Assembly (NCBI GenBank): GCA_031553555.1
Contig: JAVBLL010000008.1
Span: 149,202 to 213,201, forward strand
Source of the DNA: Bacilli bacterium
Lineage (GTDB): Bacteria; Bacillota_I; Bacilli_A; ML615J-28; CAG-698
Length of the DNA: 64,000 nucleotides
Direction of reading: 5' to 3'
The position numbers and the translations under genes are program-made. Below are positions 60,266 through 64,000 of this stretch, one piece after another. Within the stretch, counting starts at the first letter, position 1. Each line of letters opens with the position of its first letter. A model generated the notes under the pieces. It saw only the letters and a list, made by a program, of their open reading frames with translations. It was not told the DNA's origin and searched no databases.

Positions 60266-60305
60266 CCCTGTAATTACACTAAAAAGTGGTATACAGGGGG
60301 ATTTT
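60266..60305 (-). terminator. Intrinsic terminator downstream of greA
   Basis: CCCCTGTA…TACAGGGG stem with T-run on the minus strand. Confidence 0.4.
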
Positions 60306-60764
60306 TTAATAAATTTTTTCAATACGAATTTTATATTCATCGTATTCCGTTTTAACATCTAATTCTTGACCGACTCTAGATTTCATTAATAATTTACCAA
60401 CTGGCGAAGTGTTAGAAATTTTACCATTTTGTGTATCTGCTTCAATACTATTAACTAACTTATATTTAGCCATTTCATTATTATCTAAATATCTAAACTC
60501 AACTGTTTTTCCTAAATTAGAAGTATTTGAAGATTCTATAATATCCGCATTTTTCAAGGTATTTTCAATTTCTTTTATACGTTTTTCTATTTGAAGTTGT
60601 TGATCACGAGCAGCATCATAATCAGCATTTTCAGATAAATCACCTTGTGCTCTAGCTTCTTTTATGTCTTCTAAATTTTTAACTCTATTGACATGGATTA
60701 ATTGATTTAATTCATTTTCTAAATCTTGTTTTCCTTCTTGAGTTAATTGTAATTTTGTATTCAT
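60306..60764 (-). CDS. greA: Transcription elongation factor GreA
   Basis: 152 aa. N-terminal coiled coil with conserved acidic tip (GDLSENADYDAARDQQ) and C-terminal FKBP-like domain. Confidence 0.85.
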   Translation of the reverse strand: MNTKLQLTQEGKQDLENELNQLIHVNRVKNLEDIKEARAQGDLSENADYDAARDQQLQIEKRIKEIENTLKNADIIESSNTSNLGKTVEFRYLDNNEMAKYKLVNSIEADTQNGKISNTSPVGKLLMKSRVGQELDVKTEYDEYKIRIEKIY

Positions 60765-60861
60765 CTAATAACCATCCTATTCTATATTAATAATTTCTAT
60801 AGTATTATATCAAATTGCTTTAAAAAAAGCAACTGAAAAATTTTTATTCCATAATATTCAA

Positions 60862-62058
60862 TTATGTTTTCAGCCTTATCATATCATTTATACTAACATC
60901 AAAATTAACTTTCAATATAATTAACTGTTGAGGGTGCCTTGCAGCATCTAACCTATTATATTCAAAATCATAAATTTCATTCACTTTATTCAAAGTGTTT
61001 TTTAAAAACGGACCGAAAAATTCTAAGGTATCTCCAACCTCAAAATAATTTCTTTGCTCAATAACACATTCCTTTGTTTCTTTACGATATTCTCTTACGA
61101 TTCCAACAAATTCCTTAGTAGGATGTTCATCGCGGTCATATAATTGTTCATTGGCGGTAGTATCACCAAATAAAAAACCAGTAGATGAAATTCTATTTTC
61201 GGCTTTTTGAATCTCATTATTATAATATTGATAATCGATTAAATCATTATTATAAATGGCATCTATCAATTGCCTATACGTTCTAACAATTGTTGCTATA
61301 TAATATTCTGATTTCATTCTCCCCTCAATCTTCAATGAAACTATTCCCAAGGTTATCATTTCCTGAATTGCCTCTACTCCCACAAGATCTTTTGAGCCTA
61401 TATGAAAATAACCATTTGTATTAATTTGTTGCTTATTATTTAACAAATTATAGTTCCAACGACACGAATGGGCGCAACCACCTCTATTAGCGTCACGGTT
61501 AACCATATAATTGCTAAGCATACAACGACCAGAATATGCACTACACATACCTCCATGTATGAATGCTTCTAATTCAATATCACAGTCATTAATAATCAAC
61601 TTCATTTCCCTAAGACTCACTTCCCTAGCTAAAACGACCCTTTTAATACCTAATTTTTCATAAAATTTTATGGCTTCTGAATTAGTAATGGAAACCTGCG
61701 TACTTAGATGCACTTCTAACAAAGGTGCAACCATCAAACTTTTTTTGATTATGTATAAACTTGAAGTAATAATTGCCTTAACCCCAACCGCTTGAAGAAA
61801 TAATAAATATTCCTCCAAGTCTTCTAAATCTTCACTATGGGGAATTATATTCATTGTCACATATATTTTAGCATTATATACACTAGCAAACTCACATGCT
61901 TCTTTAATATCAACTAATTCAAAGTTGTTTGCCCTGGCTCTTAAACTGAATTTTTTACCACCAATATAGACAGCATCAGCACCATATAATATAGCGATTT
62001 TTAGTTTTTGTAAATTACCAGCTGGAGCAAGCAATTCGATTTTTTTATTTTCACCCAT
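60862..62058 (-). CDS. Peptidase U32-family protein (YrrO/TrhP-like, tRNA U34 hydroxylation)
   Basis: 398 aa with U32 signature region (EAFIHGGMCSAYSGRCMLSNYMVNRDANRGGCAHSCRW). Part of the yrrM-yrrN-yrrO-like trio. Confidence 0.75.
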   Translation of the reverse strand: MGENKKIELLAPAGNLQKLKIAILYGADAVYIGGKKFSLRARANNFELVDIKEACEFASVYNAKIYVTMNIIPHSEDLEDLEEYLLFLQAVGVKAIITSSLYIIKKSLMVAPLLEVHLSTQVSITNSEAIKFYEKLGIKRVVLAREVSLREMKLIINDCDIELEAFIHGGMCSAYSGRCMLSNYMVNRDANRGGCAHSCRWNYNLLNNKQQINTNGYFHIGSKDLVGVEAIQEMITLGIVSLKIEGRMKSEYYIATIVRTYRQLIDAIYNNDLIDYQYYNNEIQKAENRISSTGFLFGDTTANEQLYDRDEHPTKEFVGIVREYRKETKECVIEQRNYFEVGDTLEFFGPFLKNTLNKVNEIYDFEYNRLDAARHPQQLIILKVNFDVSINDMIRLKT

Positions 62059-62909
62059 TATTCGTTTTCCTTTAGAATCAATGGTTTCTTATATAAGAAA
62101 CCAGTCGTCACATTTGAAGAAACTGCTATCAATTCTTCTAAATATGTATCATCAAATTGTGTGGATAATGCTTTATTATATATTTCAATTACTTTTAAAA
62201 TTTTTTCTTCATCAATTAAATACCCATTTATATAAATCATATGCATATTTGATAGATTCATAAGCTCTTTAAATAGTATGTAAGGAAACTCATTAAAAAT
62301 GTAAGTACCTGTTTTGTTTTCAATAATTGGATAAATTGCATCTCTTGTCGTTTCTACGATTTCAAAAGAACTATCAATCGTTCTTTGTTTATTTGTATAT
62401 TGAAAATATGAATTAATTAATTTTCTTTTTGAATAAAACATTTCAAGATAACCATATGCATATAAAACTACATTTTTAGTTTTTATATTATATAACTCAT
62501 CCAAAGATAATTCCTTAGAGACAATAACCTTAACACCCATTTCAGCATACATTAGACATTCTTCATTTGAACAAACCAAAGTAGATGCTGAATATATAAG
62601 TTTATTAGATAATTTTCTTTCAGCAAAATAATTATATATTGACATATCAGAAAATATAAAATAATCAATGTTATTTTTTTCATAACTATCTAAAAAGGAA
62701 TATAAAATAGAAATTTCCGATTGATCAACAATTTTATCAATTAAAAAGGCAACTTCTTTTTGTAAATTATGAATTTCAGTAACTATATTTTCAAGATTCT
62801 TTTGATATACGCTATCGCTATAGCAAGAAAAAGGGGTTGATAATATCAAGCAAGAAGCTTTATATTCAGCAATATTAGCATCGTTTTTTAGTCTTGTAAT
62901 TATCTTCAT
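62058..62909 (-). CDS. U32-family-like protein (YrrN-like partner)
   Basis: 283 aa. Positional equivalent of B. subtilis yrrN between the O-methyltransferase and the large U32 gene. Weak TIM-barrel-like pattern. Confidence 0.5.
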   Translation of the reverse strand: MKIITRLKNDANIAEYKASCLILSTPFSCYSDSVYQKNLENIVTEIHNLQKEVAFLIDKIVDQSEISILYSFLDSYEKNNIDYFIFSDMSIYNYFAERKLSNKLIYSASTLVCSNEECLMYAEMGVKVIVSKELSLDELYNIKTKNVVLYAYGYLEMFYSKRKLINSYFQYTNKQRTIDSSFEIVETTRDAIYPIIENKTGTYIFNEFPYILFKELMNLSNMHMIYINGYLIDEEKILKVIEIYNKALSTQFDDTYLEELIAVSSNVTTGFLYKKPLILKENE

Positions 62910-62910
62910 G

Positions 62911-63543
62911 CTATTCCTCTTTTTTCATACTTACAGACATTCCATCACCAATATTCATAAAAAAACTATTATAATAAGGGTTACATTTTAACCATTCATT
63001 AAAACTTTTTATTTTCTTAACAAGGGCCTGTAGACTTTTACTACCGATAATTTTTTCTTGTTCAACCAGACCATGAAAATTCAAATTATCGCAAATGATA
63101 ACACCATGTGAATTCAATTTTTTTTCATATTTTTCAAAAAACTTTCTATATTGAGCTTTGGCAGCATCAATAAATATAACATCATAAGTATTCAACAAAT
63201 TATCAACATCATATTCTAAGGCATCGCCTTTTAAAATATTAATCTGTGAAGATAAATTTAAATCTTGAACGTTTTTTTTTGCCATATCAATCATCAAATC
63301 ATTTCTTTCAATAGTATCTATTATAATATCTGAAGACGCCAATGCCATATTACAGGCGGAATAACCAATCGCTGTTCCTAGTTCTAATATACGTTTAGAA
63401 TTAGTCAAACGAATTATTAATAAAATTAGCGATAGGCCTTCCTCACTAATAATAGGGACATTATTGCAATCAGCATATTTTTTCATTTCCTTTATAAATG
63501 ACAATTTTGAAAAATCATTTAAGTTCACCAAATAATCCGCCAT
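62911..63543 (-). CDS. Class I SAM-dependent O-methyltransferase (YrrM/TrmR-like, tRNA mo5U)
   Basis: SAM-binding motif ILELGTAIGYSA and acidic DAAK motif (VIFIDAAKAQY). Caffeoyl-CoA-OMT-like family. Confidence 0.7.
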   Translation of the reverse strand: MADYLVNLNDFSKLSFIKEMKKYADCNNVPIISEEGLSLILLIIRLTNSKRILELGTAIGYSACNMALASSDIIIDTIERNDLMIDMAKKNVQDLNLSSQINILKGDALEYDVDNLLNTYDVIFIDAAKAQYRKFFEKYEKKLNSHGVIICDNLNFHGLVEQEKIIGSKSLQALVKKIKSFNEWLKCNPYYNSFFMNIGDGMSVSMKKEE

Positions 63544-63580
63544 AAATACTCCAATCATATAGTCTTAATAATATTATACT

Positions 63581-63910
63581 CTAAAAAGGTAATTTCTTCA
63601 AGTTCTTTCGTTTAGACGATAAGAATAAATATGCATCTTTATATCGACTCAATTTTCCTAATAATTCACAGTAGCGTTCTTCAATATAATGATTATACAG
63701 TGGATAATAGAAATCCTCCATTTCTTTTAATAAATAATTTTTAATATAATTACATATAACATCCATTTCAACTTGATCGATTTCATATTGCATTAAACGA
63801 ATAAATGCAAGATGGAAAGTGTCAGTTGGCTTTTGCTCTGCTTTTCGCAAATACCCAACAAGCTTGCCCTTTTGTGTCCGTAATTCTTCATTAGTGGACT
63901 GCCCAATCAA
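63581..63910 (-). CDS. Hypothetical small protein
   Basis: 109-aa ORF with no recognisable motifs. Retained only because it is compact and in-operon. Confidence 0.3.
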   Translation of the reverse strand: MIGQSTNEELRTQKGKLVGYLRKAEQKPTDTFHLAFIRLMQYEIDQVEMDVICNYIKNYLLKEMEDFYYPLYNHYIEERYCELLGKLSRYKDAYLFLSSKRKNLKKLPF

Positions 63911-64000
63911 AGTTTTAAAAATGCAATATGCAAGTAAAGTAATAGTTCGATAATCAAAATTATTATGTCCTTGAATAAAATTAATAGCTTCATCGTACTT

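Overview
AT-rich, low-GC Firmicutes chromosome segment (standard genetic code). sigK, ylmC/ymxH and a B. subtilis-like yqe cluster point to a spore-former. Most of the window is conserved housekeeping backbone, almost all on the minus strand: apt-relA-dtd, rarA, rpmG, ispG, nfo-cshB, mtaB-rsmE-msrA, the CIRCE-controlled hrcA-grpE-dnaK-dnaJ operon, yqeG-yqeH-(yqeK::rsfS fusion), sigK, greA and a trhP/trmR-like tRNA-modification trio. There are also two surface-protein genes with beta-helix domains, a GH5 hydrolase, a THF-riboswitch-led ECF folate transporter gene and a truncated transposase N-terminus. The standout is a ~20.5 kb accessory block (34.0-54.5 kb) made of two back-to-back minus-strand operons. 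Each operon is driven by a TTGAC(A/T)-17-TATAAT promoter. Each promoter is followed by a conserved ~95-nt leader element (three copies in total, two in tandem) whose 5' half closely matches the c-di-GMP-I (GEMM) riboswitch core and whose 3' end is an intrinsic terminator. The operons encode seven proteins that all start with a TasA/camelysin-type (SipW-cognate-like) signal peptide. Four are giant proteins of 883-2884 aa whose N-terminal domain resembles TasA and is followed by internalin-type LRR arrays, and two are small TasA-like proteins at the operon ends. No sipW and no LPXTG motifs are visible. I read this as a putative c-di-GMP-gated TasA-like fibre/adhesin system carrying giant LRR subunits. 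A TPR protein with degenerate GGDEF-EAL domains at the window start is a candidate c-di-GMP effector.
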